Positions 1 to 8,260 of a DNA stretch of 33,300 nt are shown one piece after another. The stretch covers positions 1 through 33,300 of IMG/VR virus record IMGVR_UViG_3300020045_017536. One strand, given 5' to 3'. The stretch's first letter is position 1. Each line of letters begins with the position of its first letter. Both the position numbers and the translations under genes were made by a program. The DNA comes from a virus (taxonomy: Duplodnaviria; Caudoviricetes). The notes under the pieces are model-generated. The model worked only from the letters and a program-made list of their open reading frames with translations. It ran no database searches and was not told the DNA's origin.

Positions 1-560
1 GCCCAGGGAATTTCAGGTTGGGAGGTCTTGCCGTGCGGCGCGGTGGGGAGGGTTTGAGTCAACCCTAACGAGCCATCAGAGAGCGCCCAGCGGTAGTAGG
101 TCAAAGGGTCGCGGTAGGCCAGCTTCTTGAGCACAAGTTTCCCTTCGTCATTAAAATCATAGACCTTTTCAAAGGCCATCACCCCGTAGTCCAGGAAGAG
201 GAGGATGTTCGAAAGCAGTTCATCAAATGTCTGATCCAACCCATGAAACAAGTTCTCTTCCACAAACTCTTTAATCTCTTCGTTCTGATCGTCCTGGTGG
301 GCTTCCAGATACCAGTTGGCTCTCAAAATAGGCAGTTTCACGGCGCGTAAAATCGCGGCAATCGTGCCATCGGTCTTGCGCATCTTATCCCACTTGCGTA
401 TCCCTTCAATGCCTTGCAGTTCCGAGTTGAGTTCCATGTTAATAAACCCGCCGAAAATCTGCGTCCCTGTATTCCCCAGCTCTTCACGAGCAGGAATAGG
501 CTTTGTCTTTGTCTCTTCTACCGGAGCTTTGTCGAGCGAGTATTCGGGAGTGTCTGACAT
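1..560 (-). CDS. Portal protein, Mu gp29/DUF935-like (N-terminal part; runs off window)
   Basis: Not in ORF track. Hand translation from ATG 560: MSDTPEYSLD...EELGNTGTQIFGGFINMELNSELQGIEGIRKWDKMRKTDGTIAAILRAVKLPILRANW...FLDYGVMAFEKVY...KKLAYRDP. Directly downstream of terL. Confidence 0.85.
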   Translation of the reverse strand, partial: MSDTPEYSLDKAPVEETKTKPIPAREELGNTGTQIFGGFINMELNSELQGIEGIRKWDKMRKTDGTIAAILRAVKLPILRANWYLEAHQDDQNEEIKEFVEENLFHGLDQTFDELLSNILLFLDYGVMAFEKVYDFNDEGKLVLKKLAYRDPLTYYRWALSDGSLGLTQTLPTAPHGKTSQPEIPW

Positions 561-611
561 CACGAAAAGATAAGCTACCTTTATCTTAGAGCGAAAAGAA
601 AAGAAAAACAA

Positions 612-1997
612 TTAGAAGTCTCTCGACATGATATTCCTGGGCACAATGGGCGCCACCGTCGGCCTGACCGTCGCCTGAGGCGTGAACAATCTCACTGAGT
701 GACGGTGGCGCATAGTGTTGGCAATACACAACGCATCCGCACGGTCAGGACTTTTGCCCAGTCGTTTCTTCATCTCATCTTTGCTTTCAATGTGGATGGT
801 GCGGTCTTTGATGAAGTACCGGAGGGCGGTGAGTTCCTGCACCAGATCAGAGACATTGGCCAGGGTCAAGACCTGATCCTCAATATCTTGTTTCAACATC
901 CAGTAACTTTCCGCGCGGAAGTTGGCAAAGGCATAATGCTGAGAGTGAATCAGATTCTGTGGGGCACTGCCGGCGTTGTAGGGAAACACTTTGAGGTTCT
1001 GGCTGTAACAGTAATCCACCGTCCCCGCCCCCAGTCCCCCCACATCCACCCCGATCCGTTCTGAGCCAATCCCCTTCTCGTCGGCGATAAAGCAGATATC
1101 CTGGCCGGTCTGGTCTGTGCGTTGTTTGGGCTTCTGAATCGCCGGATAGGCCCAGGTGTCTTGCAGGAATTGAAACATAATCGAATCCTTCCCATAGCGC
1201 GCCACATCCACCCCCAGGTACTCTTGGACGTGGGGATCAAAGACATAGGGGCGGTCGTCAAAGACTTGCCGGAGTTTCTCATAGGGGATCAATTGGTTTG
1301 GATCGTCCGAGAAGTTCCAGTTCCCCAACACGAAGCGTTGATACTCCGCCTCGGGCATATCCTTCAAGCCGTCCAGATACGCCTCAGGATTAAACGGGTT
1401 ATCGGAGGGGAGGGCTTGGACAAAGAAGTAGGGGGGCTCTAACTTGCCTTCGGTAAAGGGATCATAGAATCTCTTCTTCACCCAGTTCTGGGCCGGATTA
1501 AACGTACACAAAATAAAGGCAGGGACTTCCACATCACCGAACGTATTGCATCGCCCGATCCGTCCCATCAAATGATTAAAGGCCCCTTCGGCCATTTCAT
1601 CCGCCTCCTCCATGACACAGGCGGTCAGTTCCAATCTCAGTTTGTGCCAGTTGGGGTCTTTGCCTTCATCGGCCTCCAAGAAATAGACGGTGGAACCATT
1701 GGGAAAGGTAAAGCACAGTTCAGAGCCGTTCCATTCCGCCTCTTCCTGGAGTTCTTCGAGGACTTCGCGGAATTTTAAGAGGGAGGTTTTTCGGGAGGAG
1801 GTCAGGGTTTTGCGGACAATCCCATACCGCGTGCGTGGATAACGGAGCGCGGAGGCAATCAGGGTCAAACAGGCGAGATAGGACTTGCCGCCCGAAAAGC
1901 CCCCCCCATAGCCGAGGTAGCGATAGCGACCCGACTCAAGGGCTTGGAGGAGATGATCCTGTGTCTCCGAGAGTTCGTGGGTGTGGACGACGGACAA
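612..1997 (-). CDS. terL: Terminase large subunit
   Basis: Walker A GGGFSGGKS, Walker B VMEEADE, coupling motif TFNP, RNase H-like nuclease GVDVARYGKD and SPDRADA. The start is a TTG inside terS. Confidence 0.95.
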   Translation of the reverse strand: MSVVHTHELSETQDHLLQALESGRYRYLGYGGGFSGGKSYLACLTLIASALRYPRTRYGIVRKTLTSSRKTSLLKFREVLEELQEEAEWNGSELCFTFPNGSTVYFLEADEGKDPNWHKLRLELTACVMEEADEMAEGAFNHLMGRIGRCNTFGDVEVPAFILCTFNPAQNWVKKRFYDPFTEGKLEPPYFFVQALPSDNPFNPEAYLDGLKDMPEAEYQRFVLGNWNFSDDPNQLIPYEKLRQVFDDRPYVFDPHVQEYLGVDVARYGKDSIMFQFLQDTWAYPAIQKPKQRTDQTGQDICFIADEKGIGSERIGVDVGGLGAGTVDYCYSQNLKVFPYNAGSAPQNLIHSQHYAFANFRAESYWMLKQDIEDQVLTLANVSDLVQELTALRYFIKDRTIHIESKDEMKKRLGKSPDRADALCIANTMRHRHSVRLFTPQATVRPTVAPIVPRNIMSRDF

Positions 1998-2301
1998 TGA
2001 ATTCGTGGGTGATATGATGATCGACCGAGCCGGACTGCGTCAGATTCAAGGAGGGGGGGTAGATTTTATCAAAGACTTTTTTCATGGCCTCCAGATTGCC
2101 GAGGAGCATTTCCGCCAGCCAGATTTCATCGGCACTGGTCAGCAGTCCGGCTTTGTATTTCGCCAAGAGTTTCTCCTTATCATGTTTGTGGAACCACAAG
2201 CGTTCCAGTTGTTTAAACCGTTTGGCTTCCACCGCGAGGCTTTTCCTCCCTTGAATCCCTTTATAGCCGCGTCCGAGCTTATTGCCTTTTTCGAAGGGCA
2301 T
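1936..2301 (-). CDS. terS: Terminase small subunit
   Basis: N-terminal MPFEKGNKLGRG motif, C-terminal SGSVDHHITHEFIV, immediately upstream of terL. Confidence 0.75.
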   Translation of the reverse strand: MPFEKGNKLGRGYKGIQGRKSLAVEAKRFKQLERLWFHKHDKEKLLAKYKAGLLTSADEIWLAEMLLGNLEAMKKVFDKIYPPSLNLTQSGSVDHHITHEFIVRRPHPRTLGDTGSSPPSP

Positions 2302-2344
2302 GGTGTAACGTCATTAAAGACAAGATCATGGCTACTGTAAGCCA

Positions 2345-2750
2345 TTAAACGGATGGGGTGGCCACAGGTACATTGAGGTGAGCAAACTCACCAAAATACT
2401 GTTGTGCGGCGAGATTATAGGCGCGTGCCGCATCCTCTTTCGTTAAAAAATGTCCAAGGTGAAACCGCGATTGATGCACAGTAATATAGGAGGTTTTGTT
2501 GATGGGTACAGAGCCGCAAATTGCTTCGTTGATTATTCAAAGGATCGTGATCGCTATGATCGACTACCATCCCGTTTGGGGCCTGCATAATGATGCGATG
2601 CATACGAAGTATTGTTTGCTTCCCTTTTCCTTGTTGGGTATTTCTCATGGCATAGCCCTGACCCCAATACCATTTCCACTGATTGAGATAGTCATAGTCT
2701 GCGTCGTCCACCAATGCCACCTTGCCTTGAGTAAGTGGGATTTCTTTCAT
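2345..2750 (-). pseudogene. HNH-AP2 homing endonuclease, frameshifted by an internal deletion
   Basis: HNH part is MKEIPLTQGKVALVDD...MHRIIM...VDHSDHDPLNNQRSNLR. The AP2 C-terminus (YITVHQSRFHLGHFLTKEDAARAYNLAAQQYFGEFAHLN, stop 2345) continues in another frame from ~2490. Confidence 0.85.
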
Positions 2751-2911
2751 AATGAAGGAGTGATCTTACTGTATAGTAACGTTCTCAAATAGGTAGAGAG
2801 GTCGAGACCTGGATGTTTCTGTATTTCTGCATCCAGTTGCGCCTTTTCTTCCTGAGTAATCCGTAAGATGATTCTCACGGATTTCAATTGCTGAGGTTGT
2901 TTTCGTGGCAT
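2747..2911 (-). CDS. Ribbon-helix-helix DNA-binding protein (54 aa)
   Basis: MPRKQPQQLKSVRIILRITQEEKAQLDAEIQKHPGLDLSTYLRTLL has an RHH pattern. Start moved to ATG 2911, downstream of a promoter. Confidence 0.65.
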   Translation of the reverse strand: MPRKQPQQLKSVRIILRITQEEKAQLDAEIQKHPGLDLSTYLRTLLYSKITPSL

Positions 2912-2933
2912 AGGCAAAGGATAATCCTCATCA

Positions 2934-2962
2934 AGGATATGACATTGTCGTCTCAGCGTCAA
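2934..2962 (-). promoter_or_regulatory. Putative sigma70 promoter for RHH/HNH/terminase genes
   Basis: TTGACG-17bp-TATCCT. Confidence 0.45.
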
Positions 2963-3021
2963 GCCTCTTGTACGCCTCATTCAAGTGTCTTGCTCAGATT
3001 TGACGAGGGTGGGGTCTTTCT

Positions 3022-3324
3022 TCATGCGGTCAGCGCCAGATGATTAATCAGCAGATGGAGGGTGTTATCCAGGAGAATGATGAGCCACACAGGACGCGCC
3101 GCATCAGGGATCGCGAACCACTGCCCGAGAGAAAAACGATCGATGACCACATGGGTGAGGCCAATCATGACCAGGGCAGGCCAAGATGTGGTGATCAAAA
3201 GAAACGGGAGGGTATACAGGAGGCCATGTACTACGGCAGGCAACAGACGTGTCAGCTTCTGCGTGGCCATCCAGCGAGTCTGTAAGACATAATCCCCGAC
3301 AAGATGAGCCAGGAGTTCATTCAT
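3022..3324 (-). CDS. DUF3307-like membrane protein
   Basis: LLAHLVGDYVLQT...HGLLY...THVVID...DNTLH motifs with hydrophobic helices. Confidence 0.75.
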   Translation of the reverse strand: MNELLAHLVGDYVLQTRWMATQKLTRLLPAVVHGLLYTLPFLLITTSWPALVMIGLTHVVIDRFSLGQWFAIPDAARPVWLIILLDNTLHLLINHLALTA

Positions 3325-3467
3325 GGGAGTTTACTTCAGTTTATACAAAACTTTGTAGAAAACGGCCTAACGGGTCTCGTTTTAACCCTTTTTGTACTGT
3401 GTTAATCAGCTACCTTGGTCGGACAATCGGATGGACAGGTCTAGCGTAGCATTCGTCTGACAAAACT

Positions 3468-3644
3468 TCAACCGATGTGTTCCTGTCCATCGTCATAGGT
3501 CTCCTCCAGATAGCGGCGCATGAGGCGTCGAATCACGTCAGATTTTTTCTTACGTCTTTGGAACTTCAAGCGAGGGGTCACGGCTCTCTCCAAATGTTCC
3601 CACTCGGCTTTCGTGAGTTGAACTTCAAGTCTGTACGCGGGCAT
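3468..3644 (-). CDS. Ribbon-helix-helix protein (58 aa)
   Basis: MPAYRLEVQLTKAEWEHLE...KSDVIRRLMRRYL. ATG 3644 is preceded by TTAACCCCATTTTCC. Confidence 0.6.
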   Translation of the reverse strand: MPAYRLEVQLTKAEWEHLERAVTPRLKFQRRKKKSDVIRRLMRRYLEETYDDGQEHIG

Positions 3645-4026
3645 GGAAAATGGGGTTAAGTTCCTGGTGAGCATGCAGATGACGGTGATGATGAGCACAG
3701 AGCCATTGCAGGTCTAATTGGTGTGCGGGCGCATAGCCGAGGTAGTGGTGGCCATGAAGGCTCACGGCGTTCTGACACCACTCAAAGCTACACACTGAGG
3801 CGGGCGCGAGGCAACCACGTTTTTTCGCGGCACGGACAGCACGGTAGGCTTCTTGCCTCGCGTAGAGTTTCATCCGCATCACCCCACGCTCAATAAAGCG
3901 TTTCTTCCCTTCTGCTTTGGCCGCTGTCTGACAGGATTTGCAGACATACAGCGACTCATAGTCGATCGCTTTCGCGGGTTCAACGTGATAACGCGGGGCT
4001 CGACGGCAGACGAGGCAAGAATCCAT
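3625..4026 (-). CDS. Zinc-binding HNH-like endonuclease
   Basis: Two CxxC pairs and the C-terminal motif HGHHYLGY...LDLQWLCAHHHRHLH. Probable start ATG 4026. Confidence 0.6.
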   Translation of the reverse strand: MDSCLVCRRAPRYHVEPAKAIDYESLYVCKSCQTAAKAEGKKRFIERGVMRMKLYARQEAYRAVRAAKKRGCLAPASVCSFEWCQNAVSLHGHHYLGYAPAHQLDLQWLCAHHHRHLHAHQELNPIFHARVQT

Positions 4027-4164
4027 GCACGCAGTATAACACAAGTGGAAGATATCCGCTGGGGTTTTTGAGGGGTGAAACAGGGACACGGGCATTTTTC
4101 CATCACTTTTCTTTTATTTTCCCTAGACAATGAAAGCTCCTGTGTTCTTATAGTATGTCAGACG

Positions 4165-4515
4165 CTACAAATGATCTTCGTAGTCCTGGAGGAAGAGTTG
4201 AAATTCACCCAGTGCCTCGCGTTCTTTCATCACGACATGTTTGAGGGACTGGAGCAACGCAGCACGGGAGGGATAGGTCTTCTGGAACCACAGGTCAAAG
4301 GCCATCGGGGTGAGGTGGGCGGAGAAGTCGGAGCCCCCCGTATGGCAGTCCAGACAGAGGCTCAGGCCGTTCTCCACCCGCCAGCGCAGGCTATGTTTGC
4401 GCCGCCCTTCGACATGATGGGCGGCGACAGCTTGGACTCCACAATGCTGGCACTGCCTGTTGTCACGAGTCAGCACCATCGACGACCAGAGGGTATCGGC
4501 GGTCTGAGGGGTCAT
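4165..4515 (-). CDS. HNH/NinG-like endonuclease
   Basis: ADTLWS...RDNRQCQHCG...AHHVEGRRKHSLRWRVENGLSLCLDCH. Confidence 0.75.
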   Translation of the reverse strand: MTPQTADTLWSSMVLTRDNRQCQHCGVQAVAAHHVEGRRKHSLRWRVENGLSLCLDCHTGGSDFSAHLTPMAFDLWFQKTYPSRAALLQSLKHVVMKEREALGEFQLFLQDYEDHL

Positions 4516-4781
4516 GTCAAGGTACTAAAGAATCCAGAGAGATCAGCCGCCTGGAGCTGAATGAGACAGAACCTCCGAGGGCGTCCCCGTTTCATCTTCT
4601 GCTCCTGGGCTTCCAATTGCGCCAGGGCTTGCTCCGCCACCCGCAGTGAGGGGTGGGGCTTGCCGATGGGACTGAGGGCGTTCAATCGGTTCATGACCTC
4701 CAGCGGACGGGCATAATCAAACAGGTCGGGAGTGAAGCAATAGATCTGATAGACGGGATTCAGTGGTTGGGTGTCAGTCAT
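4512..4781 (-). CDS. Hypothetical protein
   Basis: ORF overlaps both neighbours, consistent with translational coupling. Confidence 0.6.
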   Translation of the reverse strand: MTDTQPLNPVYQIYCFTPDLFDYARPLEVMNRLNALSPIGKPHPSLRVAEQALAQLEAQEQKMKRGRPRRFCLIQLQAADLSGFFSTLT

Positions 4782-4989
4782 TGGTTTTTGGGGTTACGTA
4801 ATGTTCTTTGAGATAGGGCAAGAGCTCAAAGAGAAACATGGATGCAGTGAGGCAGATGGTCTGATCCCCGATCTTCATCACCAGAAAGTCATCCCATGAT
4901 CTCATATATTCCTCCAGCTCTTGGTGAGTTTTAAACTCCAGGTGTAACAGGGTCGCATGGGCGGGCGTTACTGGACTCAATTCAGGCAT
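4774..4989 (-). CDS. Hypothetical protein
   Basis: Fits operon packing. Confidence 0.6.
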   Translation of the reverse strand: MPELSPVTPAHATLLHLEFKTHQELEEYMRSWDDFLVMKIGDQTICLTASMFLFELLPYLKEHYVTPKTND

Positions 4990-4990
4990 A

Positions 4991-6226
4991 TTATATTTTG
5001 GTTATGGTAACAGGACCAGAAAGAAAGGCTTCATGAGGGAGTACCCCCCAATCGGCTTTGATACACGCACCTTGTTTCTCAATACAACCATACCTGAATC
5101 GTGGAGCCATTTCATCCATCACGAGGGCATCATGCGCAAAGTCCTTGCCCTCTACTCGCACACGATCCCACCACTTCACCCCCAGAATCTTGCGTTGATC
5201 CGAGGTGAGGGCAATAAAGTTGCGGCCTTGCTTCCGGAGTTCACACAAATCCACGCCCGACGCTCCGATGCAGGGAGTGGCATCGTTCTGAGCCACATCC
5301 CCGACGTTGTAGTGGGACATATAAACATTTATAGATTTCTGTGATATATCAGGCTTCACCTGTGCTTTTTCCAATAGGTTCCCGATAGGTGTGGCCTCCG
5401 CTACGGGTTTCATTTCATGTTGCACGCCCATATTCGGGGCTTCTGGGAGGCGAATCCTCACCCCGTCTTTCCATAATTCTACGTGCGAGTGGCATCCCGT
5501 GCTGATCCCCTCGCCATTTTTTAGGTTCTCTTCTTTTGTGCCACACCCGCCCACTTGACCGAGTCTATCTCCTGTCAGAACTTTTTGCCCGTCCGTCACG
5601 TAGGACTGATGGACATGGCCGATCAGATACCGATACCCTTGTCCTGAGTCTGAGCTTCCCGCTAATTGAATCGTGCGTCCAAGGGTTTCATGGGAAGAAA
5701 GGTTGGTCACGATAAACGATTCTGGAATCCCGTTGAGGTTGGGGGTGTAAAAATCAATCGGTTTCCCGTGTGTCCCGATATCGAGTGCCAACATCCCTTT
5801 ATGATGTTCTTGCGTCTGGGTGATATACACCTGTCCGTCACGACTCAAGACATCAGATGCCCACATTGATTTGGGATAAAGATAGAGCATGGCCTCGCCA
5901 GTTACTTGGCTGGTGTCCGCTTGCGCTTCTGGGACACCGATGTACTGGGCGTCGATTTGGGCTGATTCTTCTGAGAGTTTTTTTTGCTGCTCTTCGTAAA
6001 TGTCTTCTTGTTCATCATAGGCATTGAGGTTAGTTTGCGTCTCCGCCTTGAGTTTTCGAATGCGGAGGAGTTCAAGATTGATCCTGGTATATTCTTTCCC
6101 GATTTGTTCCTTGCGTTGTCTTACTTCCGCGGGGATGGGATTGGCGGGCGGGAGGAGGTAGAGGGTGGAGACAATGGCGAGGATCGAGGAGATAATAATG
6201 ATGTAGGTTTTTTTTGAGTATTTCAT
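4991..6226 (-). CDS. Membrane-anchored cell-wall hydrolase: TM + coiled coil + M23 peptidase-like + 3D/DPBB domain
   Basis: N-terminal TM helix and coiled coil. M23 motifs HKGMLALDIG, YLIGHV, STGCHSHVE. C-terminal SHYN...QNDATPCIGASG...IALTSD...VMDEMAPRF...ADW resembles a 3D domain. Confidence 0.7.
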   Translation of the reverse strand: MKYSKKTYIIIISSILAIVSTLYLLPPANPIPAEVRQRKEQIGKEYTRINLELLRIRKLKAETQTNLNAYDEQEDIYEEQQKKLSEESAQIDAQYIGVPEAQADTSQVTGEAMLYLYPKSMWASDVLSRDGQVYITQTQEHHKGMLALDIGTHGKPIDFYTPNLNGIPESFIVTNLSSHETLGRTIQLAGSSDSGQGYRYLIGHVHQSYVTDGQKVLTGDRLGQVGGCGTKEENLKNGEGISTGCHSHVELWKDGVRIRLPEAPNMGVQHEMKPVAEATPIGNLLEKAQVKPDISQKSINVYMSHYNVGDVAQNDATPCIGASGVDLCELRKQGRNFIALTSDQRKILGVKWWDRVRVEGKDFAHDALVMDEMAPRFRYGCIEKQGACIKADWGVLPHEAFLSGPVTITKI

Positions 6227-6374
6227 GTTGGCATTGGTTATGTGTTGAGTTGTGGATAAGGATGGATTTGAGAGACCGGTATGATGCTCCTGACTGACGG
6301 CCAGTCATCGCCAGTCTCGTACATTCTGAGCAGGAAGTTTGGTTCATGGGTTAAGGTTAAGACAGGGGGGAGGG

Positions 6375-6749
6375 TTAAGAGAATATAAGATACTTCTTTT
6401 GTTTCACACACCGTTTCAGTTGTTTCACCAACAGCTCGCCTGCGGTCTTGTCATAACTTGGTTCCCAATGTTCAAGAATTTTTTCAAGTTCAGGATAGAT
6501 TTGTTTACAGATGGCGGGCGAGAGGCGTCCATCACAATCTGAATGATTGAGGAGGTATTTAAGAGGACTTTGTACCCACTCCCATTGGTACGGAGGTTGC
6601 GTGCGTTCGGTATTCGTAAATCCTTGGTATTGATCGAGTGACAACCCAATGCTCGACGCCAACAATTCACGAAAATGATGGAACCCAGAATACGACCATG
6701 AGGCACCAGTATATTTTTTATCGAGGTACGGACGAAAGGATAAACCCAT
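6375..6749 (-). CDS. Conserved phage hypothetical protein
   Basis: WSYSGFHHFR...LLNHSDCDGRLSP motif pattern, recognised from phage hypothetical proteins. Confidence 0.7.
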   Translation of the reverse strand: MGLSFRPYLDKKYTGASWSYSGFHHFRELLASSIGLSLDQYQGFTNTERTQPPYQWEWVQSPLKYLLNHSDCDGRLSPAICKQIYPELEKILEHWEPSYDKTAGELLVKQLKRCVKQKKYLIFS

Positions 6750-6766
6750 ATTTATGTTGGTTAAGA

Positions 6767-6952
6767 CTAGGAGAGGGGGGAAAAGAGAATCAGCCAGCCG
6801 ATGGCGAGGAGATAGGCGGCGGTCAACACGACCATGATGGTAATGCCTAACAGGGAGCGTTCTTTAATGGCTTGGGCGAGGAGAATCCCATCAATAAGTA
6901 ATAGGCCGAAGAGCATGAGAGAGAAGAGGAATTGGGTGAAGTAGAGCGTCAT
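6767..6952 (-). CDS. Small 2-TM membrane protein
   Basis: Two hydrophobic segments. Leader TTAACCCCCCTCTCCC-ATG. Confidence 0.6.
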   Translation of the reverse strand: MTLYFTQFLFSLMLFGLLLIDGILLAQAIKERSLLGITIMVVLTAAYLLAIGWLILFSPLS

Positions 6953-6964
6953 GGGAGAGGGGGG

Positions 6965-7096
6965 TTAAAGAAGAAACTTTTTAACGATGAGGAACACGAT
7001 CCAGATACCTACTCCCCAAAGGGTTACCGTAAATAGGAGCTGAAGTATAAGGAGAAGAAGAATATGTTCTTGAAGCCAGTCAATGAGTTTTTCCAT
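6965..7096 (-). CDS. Small membrane protein (43 aa)
   Basis: MEKLIDWLQEHILLLLILQLLFTVTLWGVGIWIVFLIVKKFLL. Leader CTAACACACCT-ATG. Confidence 0.55.
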   Translation of the reverse strand: MEKLIDWLQEHILLLLILQLLFTVTLWGVGIWIVFLIVKKFLL

Positions 7097-7103
7097 AGGT
7101 GTG

Positions 7104-7229
7104 TTAGTGAGTGAGTCCTGGTATCGGAAGGGCAGGGGCACTGACCCCAATCTTGATAATCGTAAAGCAAATCGCGAGAAATACTAACGCGAACCAATCA
7201 GAAGCAGTAAAGAGATGTTTGGTTTTCAT
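7104..7229 (-). CDS. Small membrane peptide (41 aa)
   Basis: Hand translation MKTKHLFTASDWFALVFLAICFTIIKIGVSAPALPIPGLTH. ATGA overlap with the upstream gene. Confidence 0.5.
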   Translation of the reverse strand: MKTKHLFTASDWFALVFLAICFTIIKIGVSAPALPIPGLTH

Positions 7230-7405
7230 GTGGATGATATTAGGGATTTCGCAGATTCGAAGTACTCATCGAAGGAACACTGATTGAGGCTCTCGCTACA
7301 GGAGGTACAGAGTTTCAGGGCTGGTTCTTTCACATAGAGATCAAGCTCCCAGTCTTCAGCACGAAAGACGCGGGAACACTTGAGGCATTGGACGTGTAAG
7401 GTCAT
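7226..7405 (-). CDS. Small zinc-finger protein (59 aa)
   Basis: Hand translation MTLHVQCLKCSRVF...LCTSCSESL contains two CxxC pairs. Confidence 0.6.
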   Translation of the reverse strand: MTLHVQCLKCSRVFRAEDWELDLYVKEPALKLCTSCSESLNQCSFDEYFESAKSLISST

Positions 7406-7548
7406 AAAATTTTGGTTAAGTTATTTGTTTTGGTTTCCCAGGATCAGGTCCATGCGGTGGGGGTTAAATGATCGCCATGTCGAGAATCAAACCAGCCGCC
7501 AGACTTATTTGATCCCCGATATGAATACCAAAACTTATTGGCACTATT

Positions 7549-7578
7549 ACTATAGCATACTAATATCCTATTTGTCAA
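7549..7578 (-). promoter_or_regulatory. Sigma70 promoter
   Basis: TTGACA-18bp-TATAGT with extended TG, immediately after a terminator. Confidence 0.7.
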
Positions 7579-7583
7579 GAGGG

Positions 7584-7617
7584 AAAAGGGGGTGAAATGG
7601 CAGTACCACTCACCCCC
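7584..7617 (-). terminator. Intrinsic terminator closing the SD-led cassette
   Basis: GGGGGTGA...TCACCCCC stem followed by TTTT on the minus strand, just after the stop at 7625. Confidence 0.7.
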
Positions 7618-7624
7618 AGGAGGC

Positions 7625-7846
7625 TTACTGCTGGCATTCCAACGACATCACGGTTTCGTGCGGATAGAGCGGTTCCAGCAACTCATGCAGGGTGCAGGTG
7701 AAGTCGATGAAGACTTCGTTGGTGGGCGTATAGAGAATCCAGGTGTGGACTTCTTTCTGGACGCGGACGCCCGGCGCGAGCACCAACATGAGCTGGCCGG
7801 TGGTCTCGTTCAACACGAGGGAAAACAGGGGGTCAATCTGAATCAT
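7625..7846 (-). CDS. Hypothetical 73-aa protein, paralogue of 8024..8245
   Basis: MIQIDPLFSLVLNETTGQLMLVLAPGVRVQKEVHTW..., preceded by SD AAGGAG. Confidence 0.7.
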   Translation of the reverse strand: MIQIDPLFSLVLNETTGQLMLVLAPGVRVQKEVHTWILYTPTNEVFIDFTCTLHELLEPLYPHETVMSLECQQ

Positions 7847-7848
7847 AG

Positions 7849-8034
7849 TTACACTCCTTCTTGCCGGGCACGGCGCTGGTGGATGACGGTCATCAATTTC
7901 TGGTAGCAGGGGTGGCAGTAGCCATGCGAGGCCTTGATGAGGCGTGGCCAGGGGAACCAAAACCCCCAGCGTTTCGAGGATGGCCAGAGGGGCCACCACA
8001 GGGCGTGGCAGACACAACACTGTCTACCCCACAT
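7849..8034 (-). CDS. Trp-rich zinc-finger protein (61 aa)
   Basis: MWGRQCCVCH...ASHGYCHPCY has a CxxC plus an SHGxCxxC motif, preceded by AAAGG. Confidence 0.65.
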   Translation of the reverse strand: MWGRQCCVCHALWWPLWPSSKRWGFWFPWPRLIKASHGYCHPCYQKLMTVIHQRRARQEGV

Positions 8035-8245
8035 ACAAACCTTTCGACCAGGGCTTGAGGGCGACCTCAATCGACTGGAGTCGGGCGTGCATGGGGTCGT
8101 CGTGCGAGATGTTGTAGCGATGGCCGTGGGCGTCCGCTTCCCAGTGGTGTTTGACCTTGTGGCAGGTCACGCCTTCATCGAGTTCGATGATCACCTCCTT
8201 GGTGTCGTAGTTGATCAGAATCTGATGCACGAGTAGATGCAGCAT
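8024..8245 (-). CDS. Hypothetical 73-aa protein, paralogue of 7625..7846
   Basis: MLHLLVHQILINYDTKEVIIELDEGVTCHKVKHHW..., preceded by SD AAGGAGG. Confidence 0.75.
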   Translation of the reverse strand: MLHLLVHQILINYDTKEVIIELDEGVTCHKVKHHWEADAHGHRYNISHDDPMHARLQSIEVALKPWSKGLYVG

Positions 8246-8260
8246 GTAGCCTCCTTGAGT

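Noticed and set aside
6072-6347. 91-aa ORF MNQTSCSEC...
   Set aside because: It has a plausible C-rich leader but overlaps the M23 gene by 155 bp and shows no motif. Left uncalled.
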